NCBI GenBank assembly: GCA_031411295.1
Contig: JANOAV010000021.1
Span: 1 to 64,000, forward strand
From: Verrucomicrobiales bacterium
GTDB taxonomy: Bacteria; Verrucomicrobiota; Verrucomicrobiia; Verrucomicrobiales; V1-33
Length of the DNA stretch: 64,000 bases
Reading direction: 5' to 3'
This document shows positions 10,269-20,687 of this stretch, one piece after another (the stretch's first letter is position 1; every line of letters starts with the position of its first letter). Both the position numbers and the translations under genes were made by a program. The notes beneath the pieces are model-generated. The model worked only from the letters and a program-made list of their open reading frames with translations. It had not been told where the DNA came from and did not search any database.

Positions 10269-10300
10269 ACTTATACGCTTTTTTATTCCGACCATGACGC
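10269..10300 (-). promoter_or_regulatory. Candidate ECF-sigma promoter GCGTCAT-N15-GCGTATAAGT just upstream of the kinase ATG (possibly leaderless)
   Basis: Same bipartite motif and spacing as at 11170-11201; 5 nt separate it from ATG 10263. Confidence 0.65.
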
Positions 10301-10319
10301 CCCACCTTGCATCATGGAT

Positions 10320-11087
10320 TCATGTGCTCAGTGCTTGCGCGAGATGACGCATTTCTTCGTCCACCTGCTGCGGGTCCACGAGGCCGACAGCCACTTCCGC
10401 ACGGACCGCAGAGCGGTATTCGCGACGCAAGCGAAGGACAGCGGCGGCCACGGCGTTGGTAGAAATGCCCAGTGTTGCCGCAGCCGCATCATACTCGCCC
10501 CGCCCTGGCTCTCTGGAAAGAAAAGCGGAGAGGGCATCGAACTGTCTGCCGCGCCCCGCTGTGCGCAGGTCTGTTCCCAGTTGCTGCAACGCGCTGCTAA
10601 GCACAGCTAGAGCGAACCGCCTTTCGAAGATCCGTTCGGGGGATTCATCCGTCTGCGGTTCTGCCCCAAACCACCCTTCCGCCGAAACCAGATCCAGCGA
10701 AAGGGTCATTTGCCCGCCGCCACGTTTTACGCGGGTTTCTCTTCGATGCTCGTCCACGAGGAAATTTCGCAGAATATTTAGCAGCAACGTGCTAAACCGC
10801 GTCCCCCTCCGATCTACCTCTGCCAACCAATTCTTTTCCAGCAATTGTGCGAAAAATTCCTGCGTCAGATCCGCTGCCATTTCCGCATCCTGACCGCGTT
10901 TTCTAATAAAGGCGTAAGTTGGATACCAATAAGCTTGCGCGAACTGCTCCATGGCCGCATCCCGCCCTGGGCCGTCCGTCCCCGCAGCCAGCACCATGGT
11001 CCAACGCGTCGTCATAAATTGGGGTGAGCCCATCGCCAAATTAACTGGCGCAGGAAATTTATGTGCCGTTGATGCGTCCGACTTCAT
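10320..11087 (-). CDS. ECF sigma-70 factor of the kinase-associated Planctomycetes/Verrucomicrobia type
   Basis: FMTTRWTMVLAA, YWYPTYAFIRKRG..AADLTQEFF, KRGGG, PERIFERRFALAVL, region-4 HTH YDAAAATLGISTNAVAAAVLRLRREY. Alternative start at 11033. Confidence 0.92.
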   Translation of the reverse strand: MKSDASTAHKFPAPVNLAMGSPQFMTTRWTMVLAAGTDGPGRDAAMEQFAQAYWYPTYAFIRKRGQDAEMAADLTQEFFAQLLEKNWLAEVDRRGTRFSTLLLNILRNFLVDEHRRETRVKRGGGQMTLSLDLVSAEGWFGAEPQTDESPERIFERRFALAVLSSALQQLGTDLRTAGRGRQFDALSAFLSREPGRGEYDAAAATLGISTNAVAAAVLRLRREYRSAVRAEVAVGLVDPQQVDEEMRHLAQALST

Positions 11088-11169
11088 GAGTTTTTACACT
11101 GCGATGATTTAGGAGAAATTCAACGGATAAACTGAACCGTGGGGAGTTCGGGGGAATTTTTTAAAATGT

Positions 11170-11201
11170 GCGTCATCCGGTGCGGCGGATGGCGTGGAAG
11201 T
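11170..11201 (+). promoter_or_regulatory. Candidate ECF-sigma promoter GCGTCAT-N15-GCGTGGAAGT upstream of the giant secreted operon
   Basis: Identical elements and spacing to 10300-10269; preceded by the AT-rich tract GAATTTTTTAAAAT. Confidence 0.65.
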
Positions 11202-11242
11202 GATGAGACCCACCCTTTGTTCCACCCTTATCACGCGACATC

Positions 11243-14200
11243 ATGAATCGACTGCCATCACTCCCTTCTGAGAGGACCCTTTCATCCGTCTGGCTGCCCG
11301 TGTGCCTGTGGTGTTGCAGTCTCCTCAGTTCCGCTGCGCAGACGCTGAGCCATGCGGTGAATAACCCAGGGAAAATCTTTGACGCTGGGAGTCCACCCAC
11401 TACACCATGGTTGCAGGATGCGGTGGTGACGCATGATGCAGTGTTGGCAGCCCGCAGTGGCTCGGTCGGGCACAATTCCAATTCCGTCATGAGCACTACC
11501 GTTACCGGGCCAGTGACACTGTCATTCTGGTGGAAAGTCTCCTCGGAGGCGGACTACGACAAGCTACTGCTGCTAGTGGATGGCAGTGTGTTGCTAGAGG
11601 AATCAGGTGAGCAAAACTGGCAACGTTCGACCTTTGCGTTAGGGGCTGGCGCGCATACCGTGGTTTGGAAATATGCCAAGGACGTGAGCCTCGTAGCCGG
11701 GCAGGATGCGGCTTGGGTGGATGAAGTGGCGTTCACGCCGCCGGCGGGGGATGTGGATCCCCACATTGATGCGCTGTTTCGACAGGGCTCGCTTAGTTCC
11801 ACAGTGCTTAACTACAACGACCCTGCGAGTAACACGTTCAAGGCGCAGATCACAGCAGATTTCCAGCGACTGGATGAGACGAATGTGGCTCCGGTGGCAG
11901 CGGATTTGCCGATCAAGATCACTTGGACCGTGCAGGATATGCACACGGGAGCAGCGGTGGACGTGGCCGCGGGGGATTATTTCACGAGTGTTAATCTGGC
12001 CACCCATGGTGGCGGGGCGCAACCGCTGCCAGCGGTGGCGTCGCTCGTGGCAAACGTGCCCTTTACCGCTGGAGCAAATCTCAGCGTGAATCCCTCGTGG
12101 CCTTACCGAATCATCTTTGCTCTCAGCTACACGGCACCGGATGGCAGTCAGGTGGGAGTCGGTGGGATGCAGCAGGACAATGTGCATTTGCTGACGCTAT
12201 CCGGGCGGCTCTTGGCGGGAACGGTGGAGGCGCGGTTCAATCAGATTTCCTGGTCACCCGGCACCGTGGCCGTGAGCGGGGCGGGGTATACATTTGAGGT
12301 GGATTCCGCACCAAACGCCTGTTGGTTGCTGGACAGTCCGACCACGCGTTTTCGACTCAACTTCCAATCCGTCTATCGCGATCCTAACAGCGGAGATATT
12401 ACGCTGCAAGCAGGCGGGAATATCGTCCTCGGTAATCTGTATCGAGAGATCGCAAACATCCGCTATACCGTGGAAAACACCACGCTGAGCACAGCTGGAT
12501 TCACCGGAGCCGGCATCCGCGTGACACTGCCTGCGGGGATGGGCGTGCTCACCTCGGCCACTTCCCGCTTGGCCGAGGCGGAAATATTTTTCGCAGGGGC
12601 TGCGATTCAATTGGATGGCACTCCCGTGCAGCCAACGCTGGACTATTTCCCCGCTGGTTCCCTCTATGTGACGCATGAGCAACTTCCGGTGCGGCAGTTG
12701 GTGGAGTTTCTCACTTGGAATGTTGCTGCCGGCACGATTGGGGCACCGGACGCAATTCCGACGTATGAGCGAGCTAGGGAGATGGGTTGGTTGGCGTCGG
12801 ATCTGGCTGGTGGAGAATTGAAAAATCCTGGGGCGGCTTCGAAGCTATCGAATGAGTCCATTTACCAGCGAGTAAATCCTGGCGATGAGTTCCCAGTAAG
12901 CATCAAGGCGGGCGCGGACCATCGTGCCTTGCTCACGACTGCCTTGCCGCTAAACGGCCTGCCGCCTGGGCAGTCGTTGACGATGCATTTCCCCGGAAAT
13001 GTCGCGCTGCCGATGAGTGGTGGCTTGGTGCGGGTGGTGGACGGAGGGTTCGATGCCGCTTCATTCCTCACCCTGAGCGCTCCGCTTTCCGTGCCCTTTG
13101 AACGCAACTGCCCGGATGCACCAGAGTGCGGAGTTACCAACGCCGCATCCATTCCATTGAGTGTTAGTGTGGCGGGAAATCTGCAAATCACGCCAGACGG
13201 CGGTTGGCGGGGCACGGGCACGCTGAGTGGCGGGGCGGTGTCCTGGGGTGGGATGCACGGGACGCAACCAACGCATGCACTAACGAACATCCCCTCTGTG
13301 TCGCTGCATGTGCCGGGCTTCCAATTGGCTCCCGAGGCGGTGCCAGCAGTCACCGCGCCCAAATTTGCCGCAGCCATGCTGCTGAGCGGCATCGGTCAAC
13401 CGGGTAACCCTAACGTGGTGGAGCGACCAGATTCGGCAGGGTATGCACTGGGTCTTTCCGACTATGCGGGCTTGAATATTCGAGGCACGGGGCTGACGGC
13501 CCGGAGCCATCTGGCGGGCAAGGATACGGGAAATTATTCGCTGAAGTCCACCAGTAAATACATCGTTAGGGTGAGCGGGATTACTGGAATCCACGATGCT
13601 GTCACCGCAGGGTTTCCGAAAAATCTGGCGCTCTATGACTATCAAACGCAGCTGGATGGACTACGGCTTTCCTTTGTGGATAGTCGCAACGAAGAGTCCG
13701 CCACCGCCGGGAGCATGGCGCTGCCCTTCCCGGCTGATTTCACGGTGCCGTTCAATAAGCTGACCTTTACCTGCGGCGGGCATCTCGATGCTGCGGATCT
13801 CGATACTGCCGCCGGTCCGTTCGATCTGTCATTTTGGGGCTGCCAACTGACGCCCCGTTTCCTCGATTTTACACCGCAGCGCCCTGACAAATGCACGACC
13901 AATAAATCCTATCTTACGCTGGGCGGGGAATTCAGTCTGGGCTTTGTCTCGGATCAGAAAGTGCAGGGGGCACTGGCGTTTCTCCCTAATGGAAACATTG
14001 CCCCGCCCTCGTTGAATCTGGCGGATGGAATCGATGGAAGTCTAGCCCCGCCGCCAAACCTGGCGCTCAAAGGACGCGGCCAACTTACTTTTCCCTTCAC
14101 TCCAGCGACGAGGCTGCGCTTTGTAAACTACGATTTGGCAGCGGCTGATTTTCGCACCCCCGGCGGCGGCTGGTTGTTCGCGGCAGGAAATCTTGATGTG

Positions 14201-16906
14201 CCCTTCTTCGAAGACATGCGGGTGCTGCTGCATCTGCAACCAGCGGCCATCAATCCCACCCATGTCATCGGTGGCTGGCCCACGGATCCATCCCAAGCAG
14301 ACTACGGGTGGAGCCCGGCCGGAAAAAATTACTTCAACACTACGGCCTTCGATCCCGATAATCGGAGCGCCCCTGACATCTCGAATGCCGCCGCGTTAGC
14401 TGATTTCCGTCACGGCGGTTCGACCGTGCCCTTCGTGAATTTGCCGCGCGCCCGCAAGGACTGGCGAGGGCTGGTGCGGTTCGATTTCCCCATGCAGTGG
14501 GACGCGACTGCCCGCCAGTTCGGGCCAGCAGGTAATCCCGAGCACACTCTGCTCGTGCTCAAGGCGCAGGCGCAGGTGCGGACGTTGGATGCAGCGGGGG
14601 CAGATATTGTTTTCGGAGCTTCGTTTGAAGGTTTGCCGAAGGCCACCGCAGCCCTGTTGTATCGCGCCTTCGATACGAAGAACCTCCCATTGCCCGGTAG
14701 TCCTGACAAAATGCTGGCGGACTCTCTCGCTCACGCGTTTGCCAACGCCATCAGCGGTGCCGCTCTGCGGGAGGGTCGTAAGGCGATGGATGAACTGCTG
14801 GGCGATGCGCTGGATCAATTGGCCGATGCGCGGGTGCTGGAGGCGGGTTATTCCCTCTCGTCGGACGCCACGTTTGCCAGCCTCTACAGTGACTTGCGCC
14901 AAGACTACACGCTGGGTGGTATGGCGCGGGTGTCCGCCCAGTGGGATGCCAGGACAGGTCCATTCCGCCAGTATGCCAAAGCCACCCTCGCTAGCCAAAT
15001 CCTGGCAGGTGCGGACGGAATTTCCGGTCTGCTCAAAGAAACCAAAGACCGCCTGGAGAAGGCGGAAGCGGCGGTGGATCAATTGCTCAAATTGTGTGAT
15101 CCCAACCAACCGATTGCCCCTGGCCCGGCCATCGTGGATGCGCTCGCCTCCACGAATCCATTCCTTCAGGCCTGGGTCCGCCGCATGATGCAGGACAAAC
15201 TTGGCAAGGACTACATCGCGACCGTTTCCAATGGGATCTCGTCCACCCTGCTGGATTTGCTGGGCCAGGACATGAACGATTTGAAGCCGGTGTTGCGGCA
15301 AATTTACGCTCGACTGCGCAGCACCAAACTGGCGCTGCAAGCCATGCGGCAGAGTTTCGAAGGATTCAATGGAGGCCTGCGTGATCTCAGGGCCGTGATC
15401 ATTGCCGCCACCGGCGGGGCCAGTGCTGAGTTGGTGGACCAAGCCCTGGCGGTCTTAAAAGGGGACATCACCACCTCGCGCGATGCCTCGGGCGATTGGT
15501 TTGGCGAGCACAATTTGGCCGCCGTGAGCACCCGCTTTGCGCAACTGCTGCTGGAGCGCTTCCATGCTTCAACCATGTCCTCCGAACTCCGCAGCGGAAT
15601 GCGCAGGCTGGTGGAACCGTTGCAAAAGGATCTCCATCAGGGCTTGGATCTCGTGTTCTCGGCGGTCAACAGCATGGTGAACAATCTCACCTTGCAACTG
15701 GTCAAACAATTTCAAGACTACCTCGCAGCCAATCCCAACCCGCTTCTCAATGGACTTTTGGCAGGAGGGGCGGAAGCATTTAAAGGGGCTCAAAGTGCGC
15801 TCGGGGATTTTCCGAATGAATTCGAAAAGGCCACCAGCGTGCTGCAGTTCGCCAAAGTGGAAGGCCACGCCCGGACCAAAGGTGACACGCTGGAGGAGTT
15901 GCGGGTGGACGCCAACATTGGACTTTCGGTGCCGGACAAAATTGGCGCGCAAGGGTTTATCCTAATCCGCAATCTCGACCGTGACACCCCGTCCACTTCT
16001 TGTCGGGCACCGGGGGTCGTGCGCACGGAGGTTACGTTGGGGTATTCTGGAGGACTGCAAATGAGTGCCAAGAAAGAAGCCGATTCGAATGCTCGCGAAA
16101 TGAAGAATTTCGCAGGGTCCATGGAGGGACGTTTCTCGTTTGGAACCTCAGAATTGGCGCTGCCCGGGGGATTGAGGCTGCCATTACCTAACGGTTTTGA
16201 TGGCCAGGCGGGCTTCGAAGGAGACATTGAGATGGGAGTGCTCTCCTTGCAGAAAGTGCAGTTGCAGTTGGGACTCGGTGGCACAGAAGCTTACGCCACG
16301 GCTGATGCCAAGGGTTCAGTATGGTTTCTGGAGGTGGATGCGCATCTCTTCATGGGGGCTACCCGCCAACTGTCCATACTCAACGGAATAATTGATCCTC
16401 AACTCAGGAAAGCGGTCATCGATCCTCTGCCGAGGCTCGCTGGGGAGAAATGTCTTCAGTTCCCAGTCGTTGGCCTGTATGGGCGGGCCGGAGGCTTCAT
16501 CTCCGTGAATCGGTTTTTCGGGATTCCCGATTCCTGCCTGCTGCGTCTCAAAGCGGGCCGACAAATGGGCGAGTATGCCCTTGTCACAGGTGTTGGTAGT
16601 CCGAATGTTCATGTCAACGTGGGCATCCGTGATGCCTTGGACATTCAGGGCGATGTGCTTTGCGTGGGGGTTACCGGGCAGGCGGGACTGCTCTTCAACC
16701 TTGATGTCAATGCCTCCCGGATCGCCAATGACGGCTTCGGATCCGTCCTCGAGAGCATCAACGGCACGGCCACCGGTTGGGCCAAAGGCTGCGTGAACTA
16801 TCTGATCGGGGAGGCCTGTGCGGAGGTGTCCATCGTCATTGGAGTCAAGCCCAATCCCGCAGTCGCGCCACCGCTGCTCTTCTACCCCATCCGCATCGAT
16901 TACTAA
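11243..16906 (+). CDS. Large secreted protein of unknown function (1887 aa)
   Basis: Signal peptide; N-terminal beta-sandwich (TTVTGPVTLSFWWKVSSE...DAAWVDEV); long beta-rich region; about 400-aa amphipathic helical region; beta-strand-rich C-terminus ending YPIRIDY. Confidence 0.85.
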   Translation: MNRLPSLPSERTLSSVWLPVCLWCCSLLSSAAQTLSHAVNNPGKIFDAGSPPTTPWLQDAVVTHDAVLAARSGSVGHNSNSVMSTTVTGPVTLSFWWKVSSEADYDKLLLLVDGSVLLEESGEQNWQRSTFALGAGAHTVVWKYAKDVSLVAGQDAAWVDEVAFTPPAGDVDPHIDALFRQGSLSSTVLNYNDPASNTFKAQITADFQRLDETNVAPVAADLPIKITWTVQDMHTGAAVDVAAGDYFTSVNLATHGGGAQPLPAVASLVANVPFTAGANLSVNPSWPYRIIFALSYTAPDGSQVGVGGMQQDNVHLLTLSGRLLAGTVEARFNQISWSPGTVAVSGAGYTFEVDSAPNACWLLDSPTTRFRLNFQSVYRDPNSGDITLQAGGNIVLGNLYREIANIRYTVENTTLSTAGFTGAGIRVTLPAGMGVLTSATSRLAEAEIFFAGAAIQLDGTPVQPTLDYFPAGSLYVTHEQLPVRQLVEFLTWNVAAGTIGAPDAIPTYERAREMGWLASDLAGGELKNPGAASKLSNESIYQRVNPGDEFPVSIKAGADHRALLTTALPLNGLPPGQSLTMHFPGNVALPMSGGLVRVVDGGFDAASFLTLSAPLSVPFERNCPDAPECGVTNAASIPLSVSVAGNLQITPDGGWRGTGTLSGGAVSWGGMHGTQPTHALTNIPSVSLHVPGFQLAPEAVPAVTAPKFAAAMLLSGIGQPGNPNVVERPDSAGYALGLSDYAGLNIRGTGLTARSHLAGKDTGNYSLKSTSKYIVRVSGITGIHDAVTAGFPKNLALYDYQTQLDGLRLSFVDSRNEESATAGSMALPFPADFTVPFNKLTFTCGGHLDAADLDTAAGPFDLSFWGCQLTPRFLDFTPQRPDKCTTNKSYLTLGGEFSLGFVSDQKVQGALAFLPNGNIAPPSLNLADGIDGSLAPPPNLALKGRGQLTFPFTPATRLRFVNYDLAAADFRTPGGGWLFAAGNLDVPFFEDMRVLLHLQPAAINPTHVIGGWPTDPSQADYGWSPAGKNYFNTTAFDPDNRSAPDISNAAALADFRHGGSTVPFVNLPRARKDWRGLVRFDFPMQWDATARQFGPAGNPEHTLLVLKAQAQVRTLDAAGADIVFGASFEGLPKATAALLYRAFDTKNLPLPGSPDKMLADSLAHAFANAISGAALREGRKAMDELLGDALDQLADARVLEAGYSLSSDATFASLYSDLRQDYTLGGMARVSAQWDARTGPFRQYAKATLASQILAGADGISGLLKETKDRLEKAEAAVDQLLKLCDPNQPIAPGPAIVDALASTNPFLQAWVRRMMQDKLGKDYIATVSNGISSTLLDLLGQDMNDLKPVLRQIYARLRSTKLALQAMRQSFEGFNGGLRDLRAVIIAATGGASAELVDQALAVLKGDITTSRDASGDWFGEHNLAAVSTRFAQLLLERFHASTMSSELRSGMRRLVEPLQKDLHQGLDLVFSAVNSMVNNLTLQLVKQFQDYLAANPNPLLNGLLAGGAEAFKGAQSALGDFPNEFEKATSVLQFAKVEGHARTKGDTLEELRVDANIGLSVPDKIGAQGFILIRNLDRDTPSTSCRAPGVVRTEVTLGYSGGLQMSAKKEADSNAREMKNFAGSMEGRFSFGTSELALPGGLRLPLPNGFDGQAGFEGDIEMGVLSLQKVQLQLGLGGTEAYATADAKGSVWFLEVDAHLFMGATRQLSILNGIIDPQLRKAVIDPLPRLAGEKCLQFPVVGLYGRAGGFISVNRFFGIPDSCLLRLKAGRQMGEYALVTGVGSPNVHVNVGIRDALDIQGDVLCVGVTGQAGLLFNLDVNASRIANDGFGSVLESINGTATGWAKGCVNYLIGEACAEVSIVIGVKPNPAVAPPLLFYPIRIDY

Positions 16907-16940
16907 CCGGTCTCATTTCATCCTTACCAATTTTCACACC

Positions 16941-19900
16941 ATGAAATTTTACCTCCTGCTCGCGCTCCTGTGGACCGCCGTCGCCTCTGGCCAGTCGGTT
17001 CCGCAAGGACTGATTACCGCCGGCACCACCACGACCGTGGCGGGCCGCCAATGGCTCTATGTGCGCTGGACCAGCGCGGATGGTTCGCTGCCATTCGGCA
17101 CGCCCTTCGCAATTCATTTGAAAAATGGGGGCGCGGCCGCAGCGGTTCCGTTGGTGGAGCAGGGAGTCACCTTGCCAGCCGAGGAGCAAAGCATCGTGGC
17201 GGCTCACCTCAGCCGGGCGGCGGGACTGGGCACGGACACGTTAGGGCTGGCCACGGATGCCAGCGCGCTTTACGATTCGGTTCGACTCAATCACCAAGCT
17301 TCGGATCAAAACCCCGCCCTGCCGGCGGACAACGCCCCCACCGCTCTCAAGCTCGCAAGGCTCATCCATCAAGCCAAGCAGGGTGATGCCCGCACCGCTC
17401 AGTCTCTCAACCAGATGGCTTTGGCGCATTCTGGGGTGGCCTTGGCCATCGGCACAGCCTGGGCTGGCCCAACTTCGGTGGGCACGGGCGCAGCGGTCAC
17501 GATGGAGCTGCGCACGTGGGATCCCGTCACCTGCAAGGAAACCGGAATCGCTGGCCGGGTGACTATCACGGCTGGCCAACCAGTTGTGCTTTCCGCGCCT
17601 GGAGCACCAATCCAAGTTCCTGACGCAACGGCTACTGGAGATCGCGTGATCAAATTGCGCTGGGCGACGCCAATCGCTCTGCGACGGGAGGCTCCCCTTA
17701 CTGCAGGCCACCAACTCTGGCGTGTTAGCCACACGGAAGCGGAGTCCCGCGGATGGCACCTAACTACTCCCAGCACCGCCACGCTTAGCGCCAACCCAGC
17801 GGTGGCGAAACGGATCAATCAGGCACCGATCTGGCTGGGTAAAATGTTCGACGAAGCCACCGCTGGAAATTTCAGCGACCTGCCGCCAGGAGATCCGCTC
17901 ACGCTTTATTTTGCGGACGACAATGAGCGCTACGCGCTGAATCCGGCTGGAGAACCCATTGGCACCGCCTTTGCCGATGGCAGCGCGTTTTATTATTTCG
18001 TGGCAGTGCGCGATCTGTTGGGACGGCCCGGAAACGTTTCCGCCGCTGGGTTGGGCTTGGCCTGCGCCAGGCGGACGCCGTCCGTGCCAGCGGAGGTTTC
18101 TTTGTTAGACGAGACCGTGACCACCAATGGTGGAAGTATGCAATGTTTCACCCTGCGATGGAAAGCTAACGTGGCGGAGGGCGACAACGACACTGACGAA
18201 TACGTCATTTATCGTGGTAGCGCCATCGATACCCCTAACGTGGACTTAGCCGACCCGCTCACACTACCACCGCCCAGAGCCACCCTGCCCCACGCCCCAG
18301 ATGCGGATGGCTACATGCAATGGCGGGACGATGCCCTGCCACAAACTACGGACGGCACCCGCACCTATTGGTATGCGATTCGCGCAGTGCATCACAGCCC
18401 CTGCCCGCCGGATAATTTCTCGCGACTAACTCCAGCGGTCTATGGTGGTCTGCGTTCCGCGGCGGCTCCGCAAAACACCGTGGTGTCTCAATCCATCAGT
18501 TGTCCCGTAGCGGGCCTGTCCATGGCCACGGTCGGGGCACCCTACACTTTTGACGACCTGCCCCCGGAGGCAGTAGAGGGAGAGTTGCGCACGGTGAGAC
18601 TCGTGGTGACCCGCCTTGATCGCAGCGTGGAGTGGATCGGCGTCCGCTGGAATTGGGGTGACCACACGGAAACAGCCTACACTCATTATGAATTCGAGGA
18701 TGACGATGACACGATCAATCCTGAATTTCAAATTCCCGCTTCTGCCATTGCCACCTTGACCATGATATCAGGCTCCGACGCTGGTTCGGAAAGCCGCAGC
18801 TCCAATTCCATCGTCCAGCCTTCACAAATCAATGATTGGAATGACAATAAGATTCTCGTGCTAACAGGTCTGGCCGCCGCACCCTCGCTGGGGGAAATCC
18901 GCGTTGAGAGTTCGGATCACACGCGAATGTTCGGCCTGGGGCCAGCTACGACACTAAATGTTACCGATCTGGGAGGCGGCTGCATCATTGCTAACACCGC
19001 TGCCGCAGACCACACACCCTTCGTTATTTCCGCATTACGCAGTGGTGTCTGGTCCACCGTGGCTGGCATCGAAGCCATGGGGGGAAAACTTTTCTGCTGT
19101 GATCCCGCCGGCCTGGCACAGGGCTACCGCGCGCATCCCGTCCTGACGGGAGCCACCGCCTGCATTCATATGGCAGATAGCGTGGACGGAAGCATCCGAC
19201 CCATTCGATTGCGATTACGCCTTCCGGCTAACAGCGCGGAATACCGCATCTTCCGCCGGCTTGACGATGGTGAATTGCAGCTCTTCGCCCAAGGCGATGG
19301 CTCCCGCCTGCCCGGACTAGCCACTGAGGATCGGGATGTGCTGCGGGAGGATAGTTCGTTGCCAGCCACCGCCACCAAGCTCTGCTATTACGGGCAAACG
19401 TTCAATCGAGCAGGGATCGGCGGCCCGCTGCAACCACTGGGCGATTGCATTTTACTGGGCCGACGTGACGTGCCGACCCCAACTCTGAAGCCACCCCGCC
19501 CCAGCGGCACGGCTGCGGCACCCACCATGCGGCTGGAATGGTATTGCCCAACTCAGGGGATCGAACGCTTCCGCATTCAATTGGATCCCGTAGCATCTGG
19601 CACGCCAGTCCCCGTCATTTCAGCGCTCAAGTCGGTCAGCCGACCTCCCTCATTCAAGGCCTTCCGAATCCGCAGTGTCAGAAAATGGCTGCCCCACACC
19701 CTAACCGTGCACACCGGGCTAGTCGGCCAGGATTTTGCCGCTGGACCGGTCTTCACGCTGGACGTGCCCATCCGCACCACCACGGCATGGCGCATTAGTA
19801 TCACCGCGATCAGCCGGGCGGGCATCGCCAGTAAATCCAGCCCGGTGCATCCTTTCCTTTGGACCATCCCGCCAACCCCAGTCGCACCTGGGCCAGAACC

Positions 19901-20675
19901 CACCGTGGATTGGCCTGCCCGCAAACTTCCACCTGTCGGCCGTTGGAACCCACTCCTGCGCGCGGAACTCACGGCTAGAAATTTCCACTCTCCCTTCGGT
20001 GGCTGGGAGACGTGGGATCTTAGATCGCCCGGACCCAGTAGCGACTATCCCGTGGGAGTGCGCATCGCCTCACTCCGGACCCAGCCTGTGCTGGATCCTT
20101 GGAGGATCACTACCAGAGAATTTCCTGTAGCTTCAGGCCGGTTAGTCACGAGTTTCGATTTCAGGGACTATCTAAATATCGTAGCCAACTATGATTCAGA
20201 CCCCAATCGCCTCCTCCTGCGTCGGGCCGCCTTGGACGGTAGTGACGGAGCCTTGGTTGCTTCCGTGGCACTCCAGCTGGATGCCCAGCCACCAAGCACC
20301 ATCCCCTCAAGATTGGTCCTGAGTGACGCGGCTTTACTGCCCGCCGTGCTCTATCGTCAACAAGTAGCCAGTGAGCGCTTTCCCGAGGCCAATGGGGCCA
20401 CCGTGCAAGTCTCCCCCATGCTGCGGGAAATCGCTTGGGGCGTGGACGGGGGCGACTATTCCGAAATCCGGGATCCCTTCATCGGCGTGGTCACCCGCTA
20501 CGGCGGAAACGCCCCAGACTCCGGCGGCAAGTGGCTCGATTTCTTTCTGCTAGACACGCAGCCCGTCGTCAAAGGTGCCCGCTACCGTTATACACTGTTA
20601 CGATTCGATGCCGGCAATGGCGAAATCCTTGAATCCATTGACGCTGGCGAAGTCCTCATCCCCGACACCCTCTAA
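16941..20675 (+). CDS. Secreted protein with multiple fibronectin-III-like domains
   Basis: Signal peptide MKFYLLLALLWTAVASG (ATG 16941); FN3-like patterns IKLRW, YYFVAVRDLLGRPG, TLRWK..EYVIYRG, TYWYAIRAV, EYRIFRR, MRLEW. Confidence 0.8.
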   Translation: MKFYLLLALLWTAVASGQSVPQGLITAGTTTTVAGRQWLYVRWTSADGSLPFGTPFAIHLKNGGAAAAVPLVEQGVTLPAEEQSIVAAHLSRAAGLGTDTLGLATDASALYDSVRLNHQASDQNPALPADNAPTALKLARLIHQAKQGDARTAQSLNQMALAHSGVALAIGTAWAGPTSVGTGAAVTMELRTWDPVTCKETGIAGRVTITAGQPVVLSAPGAPIQVPDATATGDRVIKLRWATPIALRREAPLTAGHQLWRVSHTEAESRGWHLTTPSTATLSANPAVAKRINQAPIWLGKMFDEATAGNFSDLPPGDPLTLYFADDNERYALNPAGEPIGTAFADGSAFYYFVAVRDLLGRPGNVSAAGLGLACARRTPSVPAEVSLLDETVTTNGGSMQCFTLRWKANVAEGDNDTDEYVIYRGSAIDTPNVDLADPLTLPPPRATLPHAPDADGYMQWRDDALPQTTDGTRTYWYAIRAVHHSPCPPDNFSRLTPAVYGGLRSAAAPQNTVVSQSISCPVAGLSMATVGAPYTFDDLPPEAVEGELRTVRLVVTRLDRSVEWIGVRWNWGDHTETAYTHYEFEDDDDTINPEFQIPASAIATLTMISGSDAGSESRSSNSIVQPSQINDWNDNKILVLTGLAAAPSLGEIRVESSDHTRMFGLGPATTLNVTDLGGGCIIANTAAADHTPFVISALRSGVWSTVAGIEAMGGKLFCCDPAGLAQGYRAHPVLTGATACIHMADSVDGSIRPIRLRLRLPANSAEYRIFRRLDDGELQLFAQGDGSRLPGLATEDRDVLREDSSLPATATKLCYYGQTFNRAGIGGPLQPLGDCILLGRRDVPTPTLKPPRPSGTAAAPTMRLEWYCPTQGIERFRIQLDPVASGTPVPVISALKSVSRPPSFKAFRIRSVRKWLPHTLTVHTGLVGQDFAAGPVFTLDVPIRTTTAWRISITAISRAGIASKSSPVHPFLWTIPPTPVAPGPEPTVDWPARKLPPVGRWNPLLRAELTARNFHSPFGGWETWDLRSPGPSSDYPVGVRIASLRTQPVLDPWRITTREFPVASGRLVTSFDFRDYLNIVANYDSDPNRLLLRRAALDGSDGALVASVALQLDAQPPSTIPSRLVLSDAALLPAVLYRQQVASERFPEANGATVQVSPMLREIAWGVDGGDYSEIRDPFIGVVTRYGGNAPDSGGKWLDFFLLDTQPVVKGARYRYTLLRFDAGNGEILESIDAGEVLIPDTL

Positions 20676-20687
20676 CGTGCTGAAGCC

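Noticed and set aside
14396..15442. 348-aa minus-strand ORF and similar long antisense or off-frame ORFs (e.g. 61788-62774, 62654-63574, 53037-53891)
   Set aside because: Shadows of well-supported genes caused by codon bias.
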